Assembly: GCF_000012925.1 (NCBI RefSeq)
Contig: NC_007517.1
Span: forward strand, 420,001 to 452,000
Length of the DNA stretch: 32,000 nucleotides
Source of the DNA: Geobacter metallireducens GS-15
GTDB taxonomy: Bacteria > Desulfobacterota > Desulfuromonadia > Geobacterales > Geobacteraceae
Direction of reading: 5' to 3'
Positions 20,323-27,085 of this stretch are shown here, piece by piece. The first letter of the stretch is position 1. Every line of letters starts with the position of its first letter. A program made the translations under genes and the position numbers. The notes beneath the pieces are model-generated. The model ran no database searches. It saw nothing but the letters and a program-made list of their open reading frames with translations, and was not told the origin of the DNA.

Positions 20323-21488
20323 CGATCATCAGGAGAAAAGCAGCGGCCGGACCCTTCGTCGGCGAGCAGTCATTCTTTGCCACCACCGCCAAGGGGGTGG
20401 AGGAGGTGCTTGCTCGGGAGATGACCAGCCTCGGCCTCGGCGGAGTGACCATGGATAAGGGGGGAGTCCGTTTCACGGGGGATCTTTCCGCCTGCTACCG
20501 GGCCAATCTCTGGCTCAGGACCGCGAGCCGCATCCTTATCACCCTGACCGAATTTCCGTGCCACTCGCCTCAGGATCTCTACGACGGGGTCCGTGCCCTC
20601 CCCTGGGACCGCTATCTCACCCCTGACACGACCCTTGCCGTTGAATGCGTGCTGCGCGATTCGGCCCTCACCCACTCGGGGTTTGTGGCCCTCAAGACCA
20701 AGGATGCCATTGTTGATACCCTCCGGGACCGGTTCGGACGCCGCCCCAGCGTGAATCCCAAGGATCCCGATCTCCTGGTGAATGTCCATTTAGTCCGCAA
20801 CCGTTGCACCATCAGTCTCGACAGTTCCGGCACCGGACTTGACCGTCGCGGGTACCGGGCCGAGGCCGGCGAGGCTCCTTTGCGGGAGACCCTGGCCGCG
20901 GCCCTTGTGCTTCTCACCGATTGGGATGGGACGGTTCCCTTGGTCGACCCCCTCTGCGGCTCCGGGACGATTCTCATAGAGGCAGTCCTCAAGGCCTTGA
21001 ACCGAGCGCCCGGGCTTGTCAGGGAGCGCTTCGGGTTCCAGCGCTGGCCAGCCTTTGATGTCCCCCGTTGGCGGCGTCTCCTTGAGGAGGCGCGGCAGAC
21101 GGAGCGGACAACACTTGCCGTGCCCATTCTCGGCAGCGACCGTCTGGAGGATGTTCTTGCCGTGGCCCGTGGCAACAGTCGCCGCGCCGGCGTCGAGAAG
21201 TTCATCTCCTTTGAGGCGCGGGACCTGCGAGATCTCGTTCCGCCTCCTGCGCCGGGAGTCATCCTTACGAATCCTCCCTACGGCCGGCGTCTGGGTGATG
21301 AGGAACAACTGAAATCCTTTTATCGCCAGATCGGTGATGTCTTCAAACAGCGCTGCGCCGGGTACACTGCCTGGCTGTTCACGGGGAACCTTGACCTCGC
21401 CAAGGAGGTAGGACTCAAGGCCTCCCGCAGGATTGCTCTTTTCAACGGCCCCCTCGACTGCCGACTCTTGAAGTATGATCTGTACTGA
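20319..21488 (+). CDS. THUMP domain-containing class I SAM-dependent RNA methyltransferase (RlmL/COG0116-like)
   Basis: N-terminal FFATTAKGVEEVLAREM (as in the RlmL N-terminus), motif I DPLCGSGTILIEA and motif IV NPPYGRRLG. The TTG start overlaps the Sir2 stop (TTGA), and no alternative start exists before the conserved N-terminus. Confidence 0.82.
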   Translation: MTIIRRKAAAGPFVGEQSFFATTAKGVEEVLAREMTSLGLGGVTMDKGGVRFTGDLSACYRANLWLRTASRILITLTEFPCHSPQDLYDGVRALPWDRYLTPDTTLAVECVLRDSALTHSGFVALKTKDAIVDTLRDRFGRRPSVNPKDPDLLVNVHLVRNRCTISLDSSGTGLDRRGYRAEAGEAPLRETLAAALVLLTDWDGTVPLVDPLCGSGTILIEAVLKALNRAPGLVRERFGFQRWPAFDVPRWRRLLEEARQTERTTLAVPILGSDRLEDVLAVARGNSRRAGVEKFISFEARDLRDLVPPPAPGVILTNPPYGRRLGDEEQLKSFYRQIGDVFKQRCAGYTAWLFTGNLDLAKEVGLKASRRIALFNGPLDCRLLKYDLY

Positions 21489-21563
21489 ATGTCCCGATTG
21501 GGAAACGGAGCGAATTTATTGGCTTCATCTCCTGCTCTCCAGCCGGTTGATGCGGAAAAAACC

Positions 21564-21592
21564 TTGACACGTCGCGCCCCTTTGCGTAGTAT
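21564..21592 (+). promoter_or_regulatory. Sigma70 promoter of the tRNA(CAT) gene
   Basis: TTGACA (21564-21569), 17-nt spacer, TAGTAT (21587-21592). The tRNA 5' end lies 16 nt downstream. Confidence 0.7.
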
Positions 21593-21607
21593 CGAATCTT
21601 CGTTTTC

Positions 21608-21684
21608 GGGCCTATAGCTCAGTTGGCTAGAGCAACCGGCTCATAACCGGTCGGTCCCAGGTTCGAGTCCTGGTGGGCCCACCA
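21608..21684 (+). tRNA. tRNA with CAT anticodon (elongator Met or lysidine-modified Ile2), CCA encoded
   Basis: Manual cloverleaf: acceptor GGGCCTA/TGGGCCC, D-arm GCTC-AGTTGGCTA-GAGC, anticodon arm ACCGG-CTCATAA-CCGGT, variable loop CGGTC, T-arm CCAGG-TTCGAGT-CCTGG, then A73 and CCA. 77 nt. G1-C72 is paired, so it is not an initiator. Confidence 0.93.
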
Positions 21685-21761
21685 CCCGAAATTTGTCAGG
21701 ATGAAGCAGGGGATGCCCCGAAATCACCGGTCAACAACGACCACTCATACGGTTTCAAAAA

Positions 21762-21797
21762 AGAGTGCGGCCCGAAGGGTGGCACTCTTTTTCTTTC
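21762..21797 (+). terminator. Rho-independent terminator after the tRNA
   Basis: AGAGTGC (21762-21768) pairs with GCACTCT (21782-21788), and further pairs are possible in GGCCC/GGGTG. Followed by TTTTCTTTC and preceded by an A-run. Confidence 0.7.
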
Positions 21798-21804
21798 GCC
21801 ACGA

Positions 21805-22923
21805 ATGATTACGCCAAAAGTCTCGGACATAGTTGGAATTGTTAATAAAATAGCTCCGCATGGCCTCGCTGAAGAGTGGGACAACGTGGGGCTCATGGTG
21901 GGGGATCCGTCGGCGCCCGCTACCCGGATCATGGTGGCCCTCGACGGCACTCCGGACACAATCGATGCGGCAATCGCCGACCGATGTCAGATTCTCCTCA
22001 CTCATCACCCCTTCATTTTTCGTCCCCTCAAGCATATCTCCTCCGCAGACCCCACCGGACGTCTCGTTCTGAAAGCCGCAAGCCACGCCCTGGCAGTTAT
22101 CTCTCTCCACACCAACTTCGACATCGCCTCTGGCGGGATGAATGATCTCCTGGCTGAGCGCCTCGGCGTCAGCAACTGCCGGCCGTTAAAAGTGACGACC
22201 TCTGAAAGTCTCGTGAAGCTTGTCGTGTTTGTGCCAACAGGGCACGAGGAACGGGTGCGGGATGCTCTCTTTCGCTTCAGTGGCGTCGTCGGCGCCTACA
22301 GTGACTGTTCCTTTCAGTGTGCCGGTACCGGCACCTTCAAGCCTCTGGCGGGCGCGCAACCGTTCATCGGCCAGGTGGGAAGGCGTGAATATGTGGAGGA
22401 GTCGCGAATCGAGGTGCTTCTTGAGAAGCGGAACCTTCCGGCAGCCGTGACCGCCCTGGTTAAGGCGCATCCCTACGAGGAGCCCGCTTTTGATCTCTTC
22501 CCGCTCCTGAACCGGGGGCCCGAGCAGGGACTAGGCAGAATTGGCGTCCTTGCGGAGGAGACTACGGTCAGTGCCTTCGCCGACGAAGTCAAAGAGCGCC
22601 TCGGCCTTGCCGGCGTGCGGTTTGTCGGAGATGGCGCCCGTCCGGTCAGGAAGGTGGCACTCTGCGGCGGGAGCGGCATGTCGCTGCTGCGTGACGCCCA
22701 GCGACAGGGCGCGGATGTGCTGGTGACGGGTGATGTGAAGTACCACGAGGGCCGCGATGCCGAAGCCCTTGGCGTGGCCCTTGTCGACGGGGGACACTTC
22801 GGCACGGAGGTACTCATGGTGGAGAGTGTAGCGAATCGGATGGCGGCGGAACTCGCGTCGCGCCGTTTCGAGGCAGAGGTTATTCCCTTCAGGGTGGAGC
22901 GTGATCCGTTCACGTGGCGATAA
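21805..22923 (+). CDS. Nif3-like dinuclear metal-centre protein (YqfO type, GTP cyclohydrolase 1 type 2 homologue)
   Basis: MITPKVSDIVGIVNKIAPHGLAEEWDNVGLMVGD...LLTHHPFIF...DVLVTGDVKYHE...GGHFGTE. At 372 aa it includes the PII-like insert. The track start at 21673 would run through the tRNA and terminator and is rejected. Confidence 0.88.
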   Translation: MITPKVSDIVGIVNKIAPHGLAEEWDNVGLMVGDPSAPATRIMVALDGTPDTIDAAIADRCQILLTHHPFIFRPLKHISSADPTGRLVLKAASHALAVISLHTNFDIASGGMNDLLAERLGVSNCRPLKVTTSESLVKLVVFVPTGHEERVRDALFRFSGVVGAYSDCSFQCAGTGTFKPLAGAQPFIGQVGRREYVEESRIEVLLEKRNLPAAVTALVKAHPYEEPAFDLFPLLNRGPEQGLGRIGVLAEETTVSAFADEVKERLGLAGVRFVGDGARPVRKVALCGGSGMSLLRDAQRQGADVLVTGDVKYHEGRDAEALGVALVDGGHFGTEVLMVESVANRMAAELASRRFEAEVIPFRVERDPFTWR

Positions 22924-22972
22924 CGGTATCGCTCTGACTGTGAAGGTAACATACTGGATTAAGGGAGGTTGA

Positions 22973-23689
22973 TTGGTGCGCAAGAATCTGTTTATGCTTG
23001 AGGAGTTGCAGGAGCTCGACTTGAAAATCGACGGCCGTCAGGGAGGGCGGCAGACGCTGCTCGATCAGATGGTGGAGCTGGATCAGCAGGTGGAAGAGAC
23101 CCGGCTTGCGGTCGATGCGAAGCGGGGCGAGCTGGCGCTTCTCGAAGAGGAGAAGGAGGGGCTTGAGGCGAATCTGGTCACGGAGGACGAGAATATCGCC
23201 CGTTCCGAGGTCCGCCAGAAGGAGATCAAGACCCAGAAGGAGTACCAGGCGGTGGTCAAGGAGATCACGGCTGCGCGCAAGCTTAAGGCTGAACTGGAGG
23301 AGCAGATCCTTCAGAAATCGGCCCAGGCCGAGGAGCTCACTGCCGATATCGCTGCCCGTGAAGCCGACCTGGCCTCTCTTGAGGAAAATATGGCGAGCCG
23401 CAAAGCGGAGATCCAGGAGGGGCTTGACCGGATCGACCGGGAGCTCGCCGCCGATGCGGCTGCCAAGGAGACAACGGTAAAGGCGATCCCCGCCTCCCTC
23501 GTCAAGCGTTACCTGGCCCTACGTGAGCGGCGCCAGGGGATTGCCATCGTGGAGGCGCGTGCAGGCAACTGCTCCGGGTGCAACATGAATCTCCCGCCGC
23601 AGCTCTACAATAGCCTCTTCCGGGGGGATGACCTGGTGCTCTGTCCCCACTGCCAGCGGATGCTGTTTCTGCGTCAGGACGCTCAATAG
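22973..23689 (+). CDS. C4-type zinc-ribbon / coiled-coil protein (COG1579, DUF164 family)
   Basis: Long heptad-rich N-terminal coiled coil and a C-terminal CSGCNMNLPPQ...CPHCQRMLF (two CxxC). GGGAGG SD at 22963-22968. The start may be TTG 22973 or GTG 22976. Confidence 0.8.
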   Translation: MVRKNLFMLEELQELDLKIDGRQGGRQTLLDQMVELDQQVEETRLAVDAKRGELALLEEEKEGLEANLVTEDENIARSEVRQKEIKTQKEYQAVVKEITAARKLKAELEEQILQKSAQAEELTADIAAREADLASLEENMASRKAEIQEGLDRIDRELAADAAAKETTVKAIPASLVKRYLALRERRQGIAIVEARAGNCSGCNMNLPPQLYNSLFRGDDLVLCPHCQRMLFLRQDAQ

Positions 23690-23710
23690 TCCTGGCTGAG
23701 TTCAAGGTTT

Positions 23711-24092
23711 GGCCGAAGCAGAACAGATGACCGCTCTCCGTTCGCGGAGGGAGGAAAGTCCGGGCTCCACAGGGCATGGTGCTGGATAACGTCCAGCGGG
23801 GGCGACCCCAGGGATAGTGCCACAGAGAGAAGTCCGCCTGCCGGAGCGTTAGCGAAGGCGGGTAAGGGTGAAAGGGTGAGGTAAGAGCTCACCGGGTCCG
23901 GCGGTGACGTCGGATGCCAGGTAAACCCCACCAGGAGCAAGGCCGAATAGGGAAGCGTTAAGGACGGCCCGTCCGAGCTTCCGGGTTGGCTGCTTGAGGC
24001 CGTCGGTAACGGCGGTCCCAGAGGAATGGTCATCGCCCGCCAAGGGGTAACCCGCGGCGGGAACAGAACCCGGCTTATGGGCTGCTTCGGCC
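23711..24092 (+). ncRNA. rnpB: RNase P RNA, bacterial type A
   Basis: P1 helix GGCCGAAGCAG (23711-23721) pairs with CTGCTTCGGCC (24082-24092). Universally conserved P4 strands GAGGAAAGTCCGGGCTCCACAGGGCA (from 23751) and ACAGAACCCGGCTTA (24063-24077). Further strings shared with E. coli M1 RNA: AGGTAAGGGTGAAAGGGTG, GTAAGAGC, GAGCAAGGCC-AATAGGG and GGCTGCTTGAG. T7 run at 24098-24104. Confidence 0.96.
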
Positions 24093-24116
24093 AATTATTT
24101 TTTTAAAGAGTATTCC

Positions 24117-24629
24117 ATGAACGATCGTGAGCGCTGGGATTGTGCCATCGCCGCCGTCTCTGCCGACTATGCCGCCTTGCCGTCGGCCCTGCAGGGAGAG
24201 GTGAAGACGCTGGCCACGGCGATCAGGGGGGCCAGGCGGGAGCTTCATTCCCTCGCCCAGGAGATGGGTAGCGGGACTATCTGCGCATCCTGCGGTGGCC
24301 AATGCTGTCTGCGGGGAAAGTATCACGTCACCGTGGCCGACATTCTGGTTTTTCTGGCAGAAGGAGAACCCCTCTTTACCCCACGCTTTAACCGCGATGT
24401 CTGCCCCTATCTCGATGACTACGGCTGCATGATGGCGCCATCACTCCGCCCTTTTCCCTGCATTACCTTCAATTGCGAGCGGATCGAAGAGCTGTGGGAA
24501 CCGGAAAGGATTGCGGCTTTCTACCGAGGCGAACGGCAACTCAGGGCTCTTTATGGGAAGCTGGAGCAGCTTTTTGCCCACCGTGCCGGTGCGGCGCGAA
24601 GGATGGCGATCCTGGGATACAACCAATAA
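24117..24629 (+). CDS. Hypothetical Cys-cluster protein (YkgJ/CxxCxxCC-like putative Zn/Fe-binding domain)
   Basis: CASCGGQCC ... CPYLDDYGCMMAPSLRPFPCITFNC resembles the PF03692-type pattern (CxxCxxCC ... C.[FY]L....C.....RP..C) but has one extra residue in the first motif. The family assignment is by motif only. Confidence 0.55.
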   Translation: MNDRERWDCAIAAVSADYAALPSALQGEVKTLATAIRGARRELHSLAQEMGSGTICASCGGQCCLRGKYHVTVADILVFLAEGEPLFTPRFNRDVCPYLDDYGCMMAPSLRPFPCITFNCERIEELWEPERIAAFYRGERQLRALYGKLEQLFAHRAGAARRMAILGYNQ

Positions 24630-24646
24630 TCTGGAAAGGTGTGCCA

Positions 24647-25003
24647 ATGGCGACAACGATCAATGATCTTGTGTTGGTTCATATCGACAGCAAGCCCGGC
24701 TTCTACGCTCGGATCGAGGATATTTCGCCGGATGTCAAGGCTGGTTGGTGGCGAGTCAGGCTCCTGGTGTTGACGGTGCCGCTGGAGATCTATACTTGGA
24801 TTCTTGAGGAGGCACAGATCAACGGAGCCCCCTTCACCATGGGAGGAACTCCTATCCGTATGGAGAAAGTGGTCTCTCCGGTCCTGGGAGATTCTGCTTC
24901 TGCCCCTTCTCCTCCGCAACCTTTCCCCACTCCCCAGGAAGAAAAAGATCAGGGTAAGGGGGGGAAAGTTGTTTCTCTTCTTGATCGAAAAAAAGACAAG
25001 TGA
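24647..25003 (+). CDS. Hypothetical small protein (118 aa) with a Pro-rich / Lys-rich tail
   Basis: ATG 24647 follows GAAAGG. MATTINDLVLVHIDSKPGFYARIEDISPDVKAGWWRVRLLVLTVPLEIY... has no family I recognise. Coding is inferred from ORF length, the 17-nt gap after the upstream gene and a plausible composition. The track start at 24473 overlaps the upstream gene and is rejected. Confidence 0.5.
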   Translation: MATTINDLVLVHIDSKPGFYARIEDISPDVKAGWWRVRLLVLTVPLEIYTWILEEAQINGAPFTMGGTPIRMEKVVSPVLGDSASAPSPPQPFPTPQEEKDQGKGGKVVSLLDRKKDK

Positions 25004-25233
25004 TTCATGGGGGGCTTGGCCCCCTCTTTCCCTCCCAGTTCATTCCTCCCTTTTTCACGTTGTATCATTCCCTTCCCGAATAATTCGTTTAAGTGTTCTT
25101 AATTGTTGGTTTTTTGTCACCGGGGCTGTTGCTGCCGACAGGGGATCCGGTGTCTCGGTTCACTGTTGTCATGTGTGTGGTAACGTATTGAAAAATATGG
25201 ATAAAAAAACACACGGCGCAGGCCGGTTTTGCC

Positions 25234-25262
25234 TTGACAACCCCCGGGGGGGTCGGTATGAT
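25234..25262 (+). promoter_or_regulatory. Sigma70 promoter of the dcw cluster (Pmra equivalent)
   Basis: TTGACA (25234-25239), 17-nt spacer, TATGAT (25257-25262). It lies 52 nt upstream of the mraZ ATG. Confidence 0.75.
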
Positions 25263-25264
25263 TT

Positions 25265-25299
25265 GTGCCACGAAGTGGTAAATTGTGGTAAAGTGTGGC
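25265..25299 (+). promoter_or_regulatory. Probable MraZ operator: four GTGGN-type boxes in 10-bp phase
   Basis: GTGCC (25265), GTGGT (25275), GTGGT (25285), GTGGC (25295), each followed by a 5-nt spacer. It sits between the -10 element and the mraZ SD. This matches the known MraZ-box architecture of pentamer direct repeats with 5-nt spacers. Confidence 0.7.
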
Positions 25300-25314
25300 A
25301 AGGAGTGAGCGGGA

Positions 25315-25791
25315 ATGTTCCGGGGGATCTACGAGACAACCATCGACGCCAAGGGGCGGACGAGCCTGCCGGCCAGGTTCAGGGATGTGCTCGTGGAGAG
25401 CTTTGGCGATGAGCGCTTTTTTGTCACGAATTCGGTTCCCGTGGATCTCGGGGGCGGGGTTTATAGCTCGGGGCTCCTTATATTCCCCTATCAGGAATGG
25501 TTTATCTTTGAGGAGTCGTTTCTGAACGGCAAGGGGCTTACCTCGGCCCAGCGCAACAGCATCATGCGCACTATCGTTGCGCCAGCGGTCGAATGTTCGG
25601 CCGATAAGCTGGGAAGGGTGCTGGTGCCCCCGCACCTTCGCAAGAATGCGGTTCTGGAGCGGGAAATCCTGTTTGTGGGAGCCATGAAAAAAGTGGAAAT
25701 CTGGAGCCAGTCCGAATGGGATAAGGTGCGTGCCCATGATATGAAGGCGTTCCCCTCGGACTCCGAGGCGGTGGCGGAGCTGGGTCTCTAG
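25315..25791 (+). CDS. mraZ: Division/cell wall cluster transcriptional regulator MraZ
   Basis: [26 protein letters not shown] and a second SpoVT-AbrB repeat ([14 protein letters not shown]). 158 aa. First gene of the dcw cluster. Confidence 0.95.
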
Positions 25792-26732
25792 TGGCCGAGT
25801 TTGGCCATCTGTCGGTCATGCCGGCGGAAGTGCTTGCCCTGCTCTCCCCCCGGCCGGGCGGAGTTTATGTGGATGGGACCCTGGGAGGCGCCGGTCATGC
25901 CCGGATGATTCTTGAGGCGTCTTCGCCCGATGGCGTTCTGGTCGGGTTCGACCGGGACCCGGAGGCGTTGGCCGCGGCCAGCAAGCGGATCGCCTCCTTC
26001 GGGGACCGGGTAAGGCTCGTTCGATCAAATTTTGCAGCCATGGACGAGTCGCTTGCCACGCTGGGGATTGACACCATCGACGGCTTCCTCCTGGATCTTG
26101 GTGTTTCATCCCACCAGCTTGATACGGCGGAGCGGGGGTTCAGTTTTCAGGTGGATGCACCCCTTGATATGAGGATGGACCCGGAAACCGGCGAGACTGC
26201 TGCCGATCTGGTGAATGAACTTTCTGCAGACGAGCTGGCTCGAATAATCCGAGAGTACGGAGAAGAACGGTGGGCGAAGCGGATCGCCTCGTTCGTCGTC
26301 AAGGCGAGGGAGCAGCACGGGCCCATAGAGAGTACGCTTCAGCTGGTTGATTGTGTGAAGGGGGCGATTCCCCGGGCAGCGTGGGAAGAGCGAATCCATC
26401 CGGCCACGCGGACGTTCCAGGCGCTCCGCATTGCTGTGAACGACGAACTCGGAAGCCTGGAGCGGGGCCTTGTGGCCGGTATCGAACGTCTGGCCCCGGG
26501 GGGGAGGGGGGTGGTGATTTCGTTCCACTCCCTTGAGGATCGGATCGTCAAGACCGTTTTCCGCCGCTATGCCCAGGGATGCACCTGCCCGAAAATGCTC
26601 CCCCGATGTGTATGCGGCAACAAACCTCGCGTCCGCATCCTTACCGGAAAGCCGGTAATGGCGGGAGGGGACGAGGTGGCGACAAACCCTAGGGCGCGGA
26701 GCGCCAAGGTGCGGGCAGTGGAAAAGCTGTGA
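25791..26732 (+). CDS. rsmH: 16S rRNA (cytosine1402-N4)-methyltransferase
   Basis: [13 protein letters not shown]...[14 protein letters not shown]...[12 protein letters not shown]...[10 protein letters not shown]. The GTG start overlaps the mraZ TAG by 1 nt. Confidence 0.94.
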
Positions 26733-26749
26733 GAGTTATTGGAGGGAGT

Positions 26750-27085
26750 ATGGCGCAGGCGAGAACCGATTTTACCAAGGTGGCGGCACCGAAAAAGCTT
26801 GAGGCGATGTATGCCCAGAGGGGGGAGATGTTTCCTTTTCTTCTGGCGGTCATGGTTTTGCTGACACTCGTTTCGGTTTTCCATGTGTGGTCCCGGGTGC
26901 GGGTCATTGACTTGAACCTGGAGATCGCCGAGGCCAACCGGTTCCTTAAGGAAGCCCAGGAAGAGCAGAACAGGCTGCGGCTCGAGGTTGCATCCCTGAA
27001 AACTCCGGCCCGGATCGAGGCCCTTGCCAAGGGGGACCTCGGCATGGCGCTCCCCACTGACCAGCAGGTGGTGGTAGTGAAATGA
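26750..27085 (+). CDS. ftsL: Cell division protein FtsL
   Basis: Small bitopic protein with a single TM (FPFLLAVMVLLTLVSVFHVW) followed by a leucine-rich coiled coil, in the canonical slot between rsmH and ftsI. ATG 26750 follows GGAGGGAG. Confidence 0.85.
   Translation: MAQARTDFTKVAAPKKLEAMYAQRGEMFPFLLAVMVLLTLVSVFHVWSRVRVIDLNLEIAEANRFLKEAQEEQNRLRLEVASLKTPARIEALAKGDLGMALPTDQQVVVVK

Noticed and set aside
23683-24326. Minus-strand ORFs of 116, 81 and 83 aa.
   Set aside because: They lie mostly within or overlap RNase P RNA, whose identity is unambiguous (P1 and P4 helices and universally conserved strings).
25118-25152. Two-tier hairpin CACCGG-gg-CTGTTG-ctgc-CGACAG-gggat-CCGGTG in the spacer upstream of Pmra.
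   Set aside because: It is modest (6+6 bp with an asymmetric internal loop and one G-U pair), has no flanking promoter or terminator signals and matches no known motif. It is not enough to call an RNA element.
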